From: Bigelowiella natans CCMP2755
Lineage: Eukaryota; Protista; Cercozoa
Length of the DNA: 64,000 nucleotides
Direction: 5' to 3'
NCBI GenBank assembly: GCA_000320545.1
Contig: ADNK01001279.1
Span: 91,456 to 155,455, forward strand
The position numbers were made by a program, and so were the translations under genes. Below are positions 1 through 11,658 of this stretch, piece after piece (position 1 is the first letter of the stretch; the number at the start of each line of letters is the position of its first letter). The notes below the pieces were generated by a model. The model was not told where the DNA came from. It ran no database searches and saw nothing but the letters and a program-made list of their open reading frames with translations.

Positions 1-252
1 GTATTAGTTACTTTGTATGCAGTCATAAGAAAGAAAGACAACTTATTCTTTCGAATCTAAATCATCATCATCTTCTTCTTCTTCTTCTTCTTCTTATTGT
101 AGATGCCTTAGCCCGTTTATGGGTATTAAGTGAAAGAGAGAAAAGGTAAGCAATGACGATGATGGTGATGATGATGATAGTAAGATTGCATCAGAGCTGG
201 CACATCTCATGTGCTATGCAACGTGTTCTGGTTATAGAATATAAGTTATATT

Positions 253-326
<74 letters not shown>

Positions 327-1373
327 TATAATACATACTCGTCTCACAGTTTTTGCATCATAATCATGAGAAGAGTGAAAGGATGATGATGTGTATTAGG
401 GTAAGAAGACAATTGAAATCTTCTTCTTCCTCCTCGTCTATTAGAGGGGGGAGGAGGGTTGGGAAACGGAATTACCGACAGGACAACAGGGAGGAGCACG
501 AAGATGATCAAGGCAACACCGCACTTCGTAGGGACTAACAATAAACCAACACGCTTTCTATTCAAGGCATAAAAATGTGCAACTCAGTTGAGAATGTAGT
601 ATCATCTAATTTCCTTCGAAAGAAGACACACATGCCAACGAGAAAGAAGTCAGATTCTTTCTTCAAGAGCAAGAAGAGTGATAATCCAGTTGTTGATTGA
701 CATATATTGTACTTTATATGTGACGTGTGTTATTTGTCACGAATACTATATGTAGCTCGTATCCGCGCTGATTGGGCATTGAGGGAGATTGAAGCAGCTG
801 ATGTATAGTAGTATTAGTAGTTATATATAGTTAAAGTATGATCCAACCACATGTTTCTGTCGTTGTGACTAAAGAGTAGCCGATACCTAACACTCCAAAG
901 ACGGCAACGACGACGATATAATCATTCAGCAGCCTACTAATGGTTGGTTGTGTTACGTTGGTTTTGATTGCACCAATAATATGTGTTCTTCCATGAGCAG
1001 CAGTACAATCATCAAGCCAACAGCAATTCCATGACATTTTGGTCATGGGCTAATGAAGAAGACGACGACGACAACGAGCATACCAATGCTGATATTACCG
1101 CTGCTCAACAACAGCATCGATACCCAGTGCCTCAGTGCAGACTTTGCATGGCTTCTGAGAGATTCTTCGATCCGAAAACTGTCATCAGCGTTGGCAAGTA
1201 CATGTAATATTATGTGTAAAAGAAAGCACGTGTAGGAACAAGCCTGGTTGAGTGTCAAGTGTTGAGATAAACTCCTATATTATATATTGGTATTATGTAT
1301 TGGCATGGAAACAAAAACGAAGACATAAGTCGTTGTGTGCACGATAGCCAGGATAATGCTATCACTGGGAAAT

Positions 1374-1408
<35 letters not shown>

Positions 1409-1487
1409 CGTACGGATTAATTGACTTCTGGGGTTGCTCAGCAGCAGCAGAAGCAGCATAACGCCCAGCATTAGTTTGTGGTAGTTG

Positions 1488-1520
<33 letters not shown>

Positions 1521-2181
1521 ATATCATCATCAAATTACTAACGACAACACAGATATCTGAGCGTTGGTAAAGAAGCGGTAGTAGGGACTGCTATTAATGA
1601 AAAGAGGATGATGGCGAAGAACAAAAATGATAATAGCGATCATACCTGTACTACTGATCATGGTAGTATGTTGTCGTCGTCATCGTCTCGTTATCACCAA
1701 TGGCCTCTTTTCCATGAACAACAGCAACAACATCTAGTTACTATTCCTCCTCCTCTCGCCATTGCCAAAACCATCAATCAGCGACGATGCTGTACCTTAC
1801 CCCAATTGACCATGTCACTTCCAGTGCACAGCTGCATTCTAAGGTAAGCTGGTAGCTAGGTTCTACTGGCCATAATGATGATGATGGTGATGATGATGAT
1901 GATGATAACTTATATGATGATATTATGTGTTCATTTACCCCCAACTAAGAGAATTGGATAACCACGAAGAAAGTATCATCATCATCATTATCACCTTTAT
2001 ACTAGCGCACTCATCACTGTTTTTCTTCCTCCTTTGCTTCCCTTTTCCCCTTTCCTCTCTCTCATTCCCTACCAGGCTGTCAGGGAGATGGACCTTTTCG
2101 AGAAAAGATTGAGAATGTTTCTACGCTCAAGTACTCACTGCCAAACAAATTAATATCACATAATAAATGAGTAGGAGAGAA

Positions 2182-2227
<46 letters not shown>

Positions 2228-2628
2228 ATTGGAAGAGTTGCAGGCAAATGCAATCAAAGTATACTACTATGCGGACAAAAAATATCGAAGTTAGAAGATG
2301 TATGCTGTGATGTTATTTCATTACGACTTCTGTTGTCCTCCACGGGATCATCTCCTTCCTCCGCAGCATTGTTTTCATGATAATCGTTCATTATCGTCAT
2401 CAATGAGTAGGAAATGCAAGTGGTGTATCAGTGGAAAGAGGTTTGTCATAACTAACAAACCACCATATCTGATCATACACCACCATACCACCCACATGCC
2501 TATATCTTCCTGCAAACACACACGCACAATCAAACGCACACACACACACACACGCATAGGCATGTACATGCACATATATTTGTTGATATGAATTTCAATC
2601 TTATCAAACGAATGCGTAATTGCTAGCT

Positions 2629-3691
2629 ATGGAGAGTGATTCCAGAAGTCCTCGCAGCAGCAAAATTCCTGAACATCTTTCACGGAAGGTACAATGAAAA
2701 GAGAAACTTAGAAGAAAAAAAGATCAAGGGGACTATGCCGATGATGGATTTAAAGCACTATTCTTGTAGTCGATTGAGTTTGTTGTTGTTTTATCCATTT
2801 TCTACACGCTGATCGTTCATGGGTTGTTGTTGCTGTTATTGTTGCTGTTGTTGTTCTTGTTGATATTGCTGCAGGTGATGGTATTCAGTGAAACACGCTT
2901 GGCTACAATTCGGAAAGTACTGGAAAATGGATTGCACAGAGAGTCTCGAAGACAGTTTAACAATCAACAACAGACCACACTCCTTCCAGAGGGTAATGAT
3001 GGCACATTAGGCTATTATGTTTCGCACGAGTGTGCGTGTGTGTGCTTTGTATGTTTTGCAGTCGTTTTCATATTTCATGTTTTCTCATTGTTTGTTCTAT
3101 TTTTTCATAGGTGTAAATCTGAACGATGCAATTATGGATTCTAGAAATTCAGAGTAAGTAATCTAATTCCTTGTTTGTCTTCCTCCTTAATCACTTTGAT
3201 ACACACACACGCACACACATATGTGCTACTGTAGATATTTCTTTGTGGACTTCCCTGAAACTGAAGATGCGCCGCGTCATCGGCTCCTCACCCTGAGGGA
3301 CAAGGTTCAGATCATTAACAATAATTACACTGATGTAAGGATGATGATGATGATGCGTGAGACCGATTCTCACAAAGAACTAATACTTGCAGGGGCAAGC
3401 TGTATTGAGGAGCAATCTGCTATTGGACATTCTCAATGAGTTCAAGCTTCCGCTACCATCCATCACCAACTTGCTACTTCATTATCGGCGTAACTGTCCG
3501 TCGGAACCTGGTGAGAAGTCTTTCATGCATGATTAAGAAACACAAGATACAGTGATAAGCCTACCTGCTATCTGTACCGTTATGTTGATCTGACGACCAC
3601 TTTCTCATTAGAAGAGGAGCTGGTGAAAGGGTTGCGAGAAGGTTTTCAGAAATTCGATCCAATGTTCTTTAATGACGACGACGACATCTAG
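2629..3691 (+). CDS. Hypothetical protein, multi-exon
   Basis: GT-AG-bounded exons join in frame: MESDSRSPRSSKIPEHLSRK | VMVFSETRLATIRKVLENGLHRE... | YFFVDFPETEDAPRHRLLTLRDK | GQAVLRSNLLLDILNEFKLPLPSITNLLLHYRRNCPSEP | EEELVKGLREGFQKFDPMFFNDDDDI*. No family recognised. The 5' end is uncertain. Confidence 0.55.
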
Positions 3692-4041
3692 ACGTGCGAT
3701 GACAAATTCACCAGTGTTTACTGTATTATCGAAGAAGTCATTCTCGTTATCATACCAATCCTATACTAGCCTCATGCGCTCCGCGCGCATAGCTCTGTGT
3801 TAGGCAGTAAGGTACTAGCTGTGCGACACTTGTACAGCTGTGTCGTCACGACTCCCAGTGCTATCGTATGAACATACATATCTAGATACACCATACGTAG
3901 CATAGTGCATGGCTGCGTGTGTGTACATACAGCTTCAGTCGACCTGTATGGGCACGTGAAGCGTAGTGTTTAGACATGACTAGACATGTGACAAAAAAAA
4001 TACAAGCTAATTTGTTCATCGCATGGCTTGCCCAGCGAATG

Positions 4042-5107
4042 TATGAGACGGATGTAATGAAATTATTAAATCCAGCGTATGTATATAAATGCGTAGCTCG
4101 TAGCACCGAATCGCGTTAGATGATAAATCAAGGCATCGCATGCACATGTGTACATTGTTGTCAAATATTGTCGCGGGGGCCTGCGCGGACGCAAGAGACG
4201 CATCACATGCACCGCGATTCAATCAAAGAAACGGATCATGTGCTACAAGCTGCCCTGCGCGCACTCTCAGCATCGCAAAATGAACTGAAAAATTAATTCA
4301 AAGCCATCATGATCATCATAGACAAAATGACAACTATGACAACATCGACACAAAAAGAATTACCAAGGAAGACACGCAGCGGTCGCTCGCGCAGGGGCAT
4401 GGCAGCTCGCGCGGCGCAACAACGGCATTACCTTTGTGAACATGAAACACGTGAGAGCAGATTTTGCACATTGTGACAATGCAGATCAAGAGATATAGAA
4501 ACACAACACAGCCGCTGTAGCCACTACTTGAAGCTGCTTTGTGTGGCTGCATTAGCTAGTTAGGATGGTCATTCAAAATGTTCAATCACAGCATTGCATC
4601 CGTCTCACATTGATCAGACAGCATGCAAGTCCAGCAGCAATTTGAGTGCTGACATGGCCGCATGCAGCGCTGCACAGCTACAGTAGGATCACAATTGGAA
4701 AAAAAAAGATCAATTCATTGCATCCGTTTCATGTACGTGTGTACGTGTGTGTAGAAACATGTGCGTGCATGTGCATGCTGCGCATCCTTCAGGCCTTACA
4801 TGCTAGCTAGCTAGCATGTGTCGCTGTACTCATTACTCACACATCTGCTGTGTACGCAAGCGCTCGCGCGCCGAGCAAGCTGCATGTCATCTAGATACAT
4901 CGAAACAGAGCTAGAGTGTGATAGAGCACTACTATATGCTACCCAATCCATCATTGCCTTACGTAGCAGAAGCTACACAGCTACCAAACGGTAGCCAGCT
5001 TGAGGTGTACAGATTACTATTGCGTACATACATGTGGACGCTGCTTTGCATAACTTAATTAGGATGACTGTTGAAAATTTTAATTTGTTCATTACATCCG
5101 TCTCACA
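4042..5107. mobile_element. Degenerate MITE-like element or cluster bounded by inverted copies of a ~60-bp dispersed motif
   Basis: TATGAGACGGATGTAATGAA at 4042-4061 is the inverted partner of TTCATTACATCCGTCTCACA at 5088-5107. Further diverged copies lie at 4554-4609 and 4676-4733. The interior is non-coding and rich in TGCA/CATG. Confidence 0.5.
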
Positions 5108-5203
5108 CATCTACATAATGTCTAATGTGTGTTATGTCTATTAGGTCACATCTATTAGCACAACACCACAGCCATGCCATAAATATACACCTTAACATGT
5201 GGT

Positions 5204-5919
5204 TCAGTCCTTCTTTTTGTTCTCTGTTCTTTTGATTCCAGCTGCTTCGATAGAGTCAATTATCTCAGTTTTTTTGAAACCTTCAACATGTTTCAAAATT
5301 GCGCCATTTGGATCATAAAGTTTTATTGTTGGAAAGCATTTTACAGGCCCGGCGCCATCTTTTCTCACGTCTAACTTTGAGGCATTAAGCTTCGCAAATA
5401 TGATTTGGCTACCATCGAAATCCTTGTAATACACGAATAAAGTCACTCGACCGAATAAGCCTACTTGGCTAAAGGATACATTAGCACTAAATATTTACCT
5501 TGCTCATTTCTGCATATATCGGGGCAGCAGATCGGCACGGTCCACACCAATCTGCGTAATAATCTACCAAATAATGTTTACCATCTCGCTTGCTCTCTTC
5601 TCGTAGCTGATTCCATTCTTTTTTCGTCTTTATAGCTCTTACGTTGCCGGGATACTCAGGAATTGGCTTTTACAATAACAAATCAATTTCAATAGAAGCG
5701 AGGAACAGTACGAAGAAGGGACTAACCTTACTATTCTTGTACAGATTGAATAGCCTGACAAAATAAGAATGGAAACTTGATTCAGTAAGGAATTATGCAT
5801 TGGTCTTGGTGACAATCTTCTGGTTTTTGTTGTCACACGTACATCCAAATAATAGCAATAACGAGAAGCGGCTTCTCAGATAGGAAGGCCACTAGTGACT
5901 CAACGAACGAAGGTATCAT
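5204..5919 (-). CDS. Thioredoxin (WCGPC) with N-terminal hydrophobic anchor/signal, 4 exons
   Basis: Spliced translation: MIPSFVESLVAFLSEKPLLVIAIIWM-LFNLYKNSK-PIPEYPGNVRAIKTKKEWNQLREESKRDGKHYLVDYYADWCGPCRSAAPIYAEMSK-DFDGSQIIFAKLN...VKCFPTIKLY...VEGFKK...*. It has the canonical WCGPC site and the cis-Pro 'FPT' motif, with an in-frame stop upstream of the ATG at 5919. Confidence 0.9.
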
Positions 5920-6180
5920 GATCGACGATGAGTTCTTCTTTTTCTTCTTTTTCTTCTGTTCCTGTGCTTCGAATTATGACACTTCTTCCAAGCCTTCTCT
6001 GTCCAGATTTGCGAGCACCACGTACGTACTCGTACGTTGTTCCTGCTTTTCTGGATTGTCGCAGGGACTTGATTGTCCTGCATTCATTGCAACGTTCATC
6101 TGTTTATGGGACATTGAGCTCATGATAATATCTTACTAAAAGCGGTTCCATCATCATCATCAACATCATCATCGCATTCC

Positions 6181-6400
6181 ATGGTGCTCTTTGTCAAGAC
6201 TCTAACGGGGAAAACCATCATTATCGATGTTGACCCGCCTGTAACCACATTGCAGCTGAAAGAGAAAATTCAGAACAAAGAAGGGATCCCTCCAGATCGA
6301 TAAGCAAAGGTTGTTGTCCATTCTGCTGGCATTGTGCGAGCGAATCCATGCTTGTGGGATCTGACAACGCACAATGTGAAGCACGTGTAATCGACGAAAC
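6181..6400 (+). pseudogene. Ubiquitin-like pseudogene fragment
   Basis: [39 protein letters not shown] matches the ubiquitin/NEDD8 N-terminus. A 4-nt insertion (GAT-CGAT) causes a frameshift and stop just before 'KQRLL'. The rest is degenerate. Confidence 0.8.
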
Positions 6401-6444
6401 AAACAAGGACATTCTTAGCGCTGTAGCCACCGCATTGCACACAT

Positions 6445-6503
6445 AGCTACATTATTAGGATGACCATTGGCAATGTGCAATTGCACATTTCATTGCATCC
6501 GTC
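6445..6503 (+). repeat. Copy of the ~60-bp dispersed motif (AGCTAC..TTAGGATG..ATTG..TTCATTRCATCCGTC)
   Basis: Aligns by eye with the copies at 4554, 4676, 5059, 26465 and 48546. Confidence 0.7.
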
Positions 6504-7215
6504 ACTGTGCACGCACCAGCCCATCTGCTAGGCCATGCGACGCGCAGCATGCAAGCGGGCATATGCGCACACATTGCATGCACATACTCGAGCATAACAT
6601 CGGAAATGCATGAGGCAGGACATGCAGACACAGACGTGTGACTTAACGCTCTTGTCATGTTGCATGATGAAGCACAATCTGTGGCAATGCTAGCGACCTA
6701 CATGCTAGCTAGCACATGCACACACATGCACATTGCAAACATCTACGCTAGCTGTGCATTCATGTGATGCATCCAACTGAATGACAACGTTACTAATTAC
6801 TAATCTTGCATTACAATGATTAGCATGTTCTGTGGACAAAACATCTATCTGCCTGTGCATGCACCGTGTCTAGGCAAGCCAAATGTTCAATGTGTGGTGT
6901 GTCGCACTTCATTGCTCACTGCACATGCTAGCATGTACATGCACGCTAATATTTGAACACTCTGCTCATCTGTTGTGAAAACAATATAACCTCAAATGAT
7001 GAATGAAAATGACGAGCGGTTGTCGTTTGTCAGAAGATGCAATAGATGCTGTTCTTCCACAGTACACATTCGGCACACGAAATTGCGCCGGATGGTTAGA
7101 TTAGAATTGAAGGTTTTAGGTATACTTGGGGCAAGGAGTTACGCTGGATAGTTAGATTAAAATAGGAAGTGTCAGGAACAATTACTAATTTAAGAGTTAA
7201 TCTGTACTTCAGCAT

Positions 7216-8334
7216 TCACTCAGCAGCCGCAACTAACAGATTTTGCAAGCTTTGGAGAGGACGAGCTTCTTCTAACATGCGCAAGGCAGCATCAATCATT
7301 TTGATGTCCTTGTTCGTGCGATCGTACAGATCGCTATCAACATCATCATCATCATCAGATTCACTCAGTACACTTGCTCTTGAATCATCATCATTATCTC
7401 CTACTGAGACTGTCCGATGGCGTCTAAATTCCTCGTAAGATGATGCCATCGATGGACCAGACGTTGTCGGTATAGGAGCAACCCCTTCGCGTGTTGTCAC
7501 GATTTTATCGTCTATTTTTTCACCATTTATGCCAGGAATTCCGGGTGTAGTCACATGATCATCCTCGCAATCAACATCACCGGCAGCAGCTTCATCTTGC
7601 CTGGTGGATGTTTGGCTCTTCTGTTCGGCAAACGGTGATTGATAAAGATGGCCTTTCCCTTCCACTTGATTTTCGACAGAATTGGCTGAAATTCGTCTTT
7701 CTTTTCCGTCTGAGAAGATTTCTTTTACCGTTTTGGTTGAGGAGGTTGATTGGATTCTCCTACTCGTCACCACCTTGTCTTCTAGTTCATAATTGTTGAT
7801 AGATTCTTCTTCTTCTTCTTCTTCTTCTTCTTCTTCTCCTTTTTCAATGCGCTTAGGTTGCGTGACTTCAACTTCATACTTCGTACGACTATATTCTCCT
7901 TTAGGCACTGAATATAGATCACCTTCTACTGAAGGCTGGAGATCTCCTTTCTGGTAAGAAACGTAGCTGGAATTGTTCGAGCAGCCTGCGTTTTCTTCAT
8001 TGGAATCGCGCCTGTAGCGACGATGATGCCAATCCTGTGTAGGCTGTGTAGATAAACAGAGGTCTTCACTATCGGTGACAGTGCTCTCGTCTAAACTGAG
8101 ACGATTGAGATTCTCAAATGTTCCATCTTTCGAACCGTCCTTCTGTATGGCTTGATCAATTACATGGTTTTCAGTGTAGCTTGTAGCTCCATAATCAGAA
8201 AGACCGGGAGAATCCTTATGCGTATTACTATTCACTAAATTCGCATAAAGAAAGGATGCTTGATCTCTGATACAGTAGCCACAGCCACAGTAGCTGTTGC
8301 AAAGTTTTCCAGCGTTGGAGCAACAGTTGCCCAT
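7216..8334 (-). CDS. Hypothetical acidic, low-complexity protein with an N-terminal myristoylation/palmitoylation-type motif
   Basis: 372-aa uninterrupted ORF starting MGNCCS with a Cys-rich N-terminus. The C-terminus may continue after an intron. Confidence 0.7.
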   Translation of the reverse strand: MGNCCSNAGKLCNSYCGCGYCIRDQASFLYANLVNSNTHKDSPGLSDYGATSYTENHVIDQAIQKDGSKDGTFENLNRLSLDESTVTDSEDLCLSTQPTQDWHHRRYRRDSNEENAGCSNNSSYVSYQKGDLQPSVEGDLYSVPKGEYSRTKYEVEVTQPKRIEKGEEEEEEEEEEESINNYELEDKVVTSRRIQSTSSTKTVKEIFSDGKERRISANSVENQVEGKGHLYQSPFAEQKSQTSTRQDEAAAGDVDCEDDHVTTPGIPGINGEKIDDKIVTTREGVAPIPTTSGPSMASSYEEFRRHRTVSVGDNDDDSRASVLSESDDDDDVDSDLYDRTNKDIKMIDAALRMLEEARPLQSLQNLLVAAAE

Positions 8335-8927
8335 GTTGTAGTTTCAAGACAGATGATCTGGCTCACGAAGTACACGTTACGAAACCAACAAACCCTGCAT
8401 CTCAAAAGTTAATAGATAGATCTCCCTAAAGTATGATGAATCCGAAAGCGTGTTGCGAACAATCTTTCGATCTTTGTGCTAACGAGGGGGGGAAAGACAG
8501 GAACAGGTTTTCTCAATCGGTGCCTTTCTCGTGAATTGTTCTTGATATATCTCCAAACGACAGCGTAGACGTCTTGTCGCACTTGTTCTTGGCTCAGGAA
8601 AATGATCAAGTTCATGTGCATCCTCTTTTTCTTCTATTCTCTTCTCTCGGAAAGGGAGTGACAGAGTCAAGGATAATCTAGGATGCCGTTAAATTCAGAT
8701 TTGCGACATAATCTTTCTTGTGCAGAAGCAGAAAATTCTTGCCATATGATGGCTACTGAAAGTCTCCTTAGATGTTCTTTCTGAAACTAGTCATTTAATA
8801 GGGGAATTAGGTCAAAATTAAGATACGACGTAAAGAATGTTCAATTTTGAATAAAAATATGCCAATTTCCTGGTACCGAAGAGGCAACATTGTCTTAATT
8901 CTGAGAATGACCCGGAAGGTACTGTTA

Positions 8928-10200
8928 GCTGTTGACCACTTCTCTTGTTTTTTCAAACGGCTCCTGTGAAAATGATGACTTGTTTTGAACGGCTGTGCTC
9001 CTAGTTTTGTCTTCTGTCATCAAAGCACTGGGCGCATCTCATTGGAATGTCGAGTGAACACCAATGTTGGTCTTGAGTCTTGATTCACTTCAACGAACTG
9101 AGCTCTGGATGCCTGAGGCATGCTGATTGGGGAGGGTGGAGCGAGGGAGCACACTCCAATGATCCTTTCAGGTCCCCTCTTTGGAATCACTTGCTAGCTT
9201 GTTGCCTGATGTCTAGCCATGCATCGTGTCACTCTGGCATTGATCGAGTGTCAAACTTCACCAGTCTGGCAGTGCCAGAGTGTTTCAACGTTCCAACGTT
9301 TCAGTGTTTCATTTGCTTGCTCAAGGGAAAGTCAGCACGTCCCACGACCCTTTCAACCGCACTTTTGGACAGTGCTTTTGGGTGGCGCCACATGTGAGTC
9401 TTGCATGAACCTTGAGTTTTGCACCGCCAGACCGTTGCTGGAATCGTTTCGGCCACTTTCGTTTGTTCACTTGTCACACCTTGTTGTGACGACGTCCAAG
9501 TGAGCACGACTTTGAACTGTGAACTTCGCCTGCTCACTCACCAGCTCAGCGCATGCCAGTCATCTGGTCACTTGCACTTGAACTTTGTTGTTGCCCACTT
9601 GCTCAATGCATCCCACTCGTTGGCACATCCAGCAGCGTGCCCAACAGTTTTCCCTCTTCTCCGCCCACGTGCAAAAACTTCTTTGTTCACAAACACAAGC
9701 TAGCTCGTTCTTTCAACCAGCTGCACCACTGGAATCAATTCACTCACTCGTTCGGTCACCACGATCCAGTGTCACCAGCTGCACGATGCCATGATGATGG
9801 AGTTGGCACTTTTGACAATTGTCCTTTCAGCTGCGCCGTTGGAATCACTTCGTTCATTCGTTCACCAGCAGCATGCACCACGAGTTGGCACTTCTGGTGA
9901 TCCTTTCAGCCACTTCGCGTTTGAAACCAGCTTCACCAATTCGTGCAATTCGTTCATTGGAAACACTTCACTCATTCATGATGATCCTTCATTGCGGATT
10001 GCCTCATTGTGCATTGACGACATTGCACTCATCGTTGCGAGTGACGGGTGACACGTGCGTGACTGTGAACACAGCGTGTGGACGTCGCTGTGTCCGGCCC
10101 AGAATTGGCGTGCATGCGGGCTCCACAACGAGGGCCATCGTCATCCATCATGTGCACTCATTCTGAGCTTCCTCATCGTAAACGTTCAAGCTCTAGAGCT
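8928..10200 (+). mobile_element. Degenerate reverse-transcriptase retroelement relic (Penelope-like or non-LTR), TpA-erased
   Basis: Frameshifted RT-like motifs in the expected order: 'DDGVGTFDNCP', 'HQQHAPRVGTSGDPFS' and 'SLCIDDIALIV' (YxDD box with Y->C at 10010-10021). No TA occurs except in CTAG. Confidence 0.65.
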
Positions 10201-10381
10201 AGGATGGCACGTCTAGCCAGACATCTCTTGTTTTGCACACCACACGCCTGCATGAGTGTGATGATGATGGCGAGGAGGAGGACGATGCCAAGATGAAAGA
10301 AGAAGAAGAAGAAGAAAAGAAAAAGAAAGATGAGGTATTCGAACATTGCCGAGAAGTGCACGCTCCGAGATGCCGTCGGTC

Positions 10382-10416
<35 letters not shown>

Positions 10417-10796
10417 ACAAACACACACTGTGATCATGATGTCACAGGATGGAAATGGGCAGCTACATGAGTGGATTCACGTTGATTGTGCTCAGATTTA
10501 GCTTGTCATCAACATCTTAAACATTTAGACATGCTGACTGGCACATTCAATGTGTGCCAAACATGCACAAGCTTTCAGTGCTTCAGTTAGTGCTCCAAAT
10601 GGTATCAGGAGGGTTTACACGGATATTCTCTAGAAAAAGCCTGAGAGACCTTGGCTCGGGGTCAAAAAGAGCCTCAGTCTTAATGGTGTTACCATGTTGC
10701 GTGACCTATAATGCAGAAGGGAAAAAGAGGATGAAACTTGGAATGAAAAGTGGGTTTTTATGTGTACAAAAAAGATGGTGACGCATAACTGATTAC

Positions 10797-11578
10797 TCAT
10801 CTTTTTGTGCTCATCATTGCGAAGATAGCGGACACTACGCGAGCAGAAGAAGCAGCAGCAACGGCAGAAGCTAGCACCTTATAGATGGCGTCCGCCTTCA
10901 TGTCGTACTCTAACTTGAGAAGCTTGCAGTAGCGATGTTGGGGGTTGATTGCTAGGGCTTCAAATGTGATGGTGGAATCGGTGTGTAGCCCGTTCTGGGG
11001 TGTTGACACTACAATGGAATCGATCTCAACGTCTAAAATCAATCTCCTCTGCCCCCCAGTATTGGTAGTATCTGTATTCCTCTGTGGCAATATCGTTTCG
11101 ATTAGCGCCAAGATATGCACCAATACTGCGATTGGATTACACAGTAGAGATGCAAACTTAGACATCTGTGTGGCAAGTAGAGGTCCTGTTGAACCATTGG
11201 CTATTTTGCGGAATGCTGTAGATACGATATCCTTCACATTCATGGGAGAGAACCGCGACAATATGGTCTTTGGAGCCAATACTCCGACCTCAGGACATAA
11301 AGACTCGGGCGCAAAACGCACTTTTAGAGGACTGTTTAGCATCATGACGCTGTTGCCTATTTGTTCATATAATCCAGTATTGATAATAATATCCGAGGTG
11401 ATACTACGTACAAGCAATCAACACACTTGGATTGCAGAGGGAAAACATGAAGGATTAAAAAAGGCAGTAGGTCACTGTAGTCGTTCACATTTTCGTCGTC
11501 GTCGTCGTCTTCAATTGGACGTTTGCATGTATCATTATTTTGTGGGTGAAACAAATCATGTTATATACATACTTTTCT

Positions 11579-11614
<36 letters not shown>

Positions 11615-11619
11615 ATTTC

Positions 11620-11658
<39 letters not shown>

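Noticed and set aside
100-540. Probable 3' exons of a gene entering from the left edge
   Set aside because: Too little sequence to establish the frame or product.
980-2153. Possible small plus-strand gene (CRLC motif; exon ending AVREMDLFEKRLRMFLR)
   Set aside because: I could not assemble a consistent exon chain by eye.
2876-3470. PIG-X/PBN1 resemblance ('ENGLHRE', 'FFVD', 'FRYHP')
   Set aside because: 'FRYHP' is out of frame with the splice-consistent reading, and there is no C-terminal TM helix.
8928-10178. CpG-methylation decay or fungal-type RIP as the cause of the TG/CA richness
   Set aside because: CpG is plentiful in the tracts and conserved across repeat copies. RIP would increase TpA, whereas TpA is what is missing.
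9080-10296. Many overlapping 70-115 aa ORFs on both strands
   Set aside because: They are Tyr-free and Cys/His-rich. Loss of TA removes TAA and most TAG stops, so ORFs open up artefactually. They are not genes.
10945-11580. 211-aa plus-strand ORF
   Set aside because: Antisense shadow of the minus-strand terminal exon at 10797-11417.
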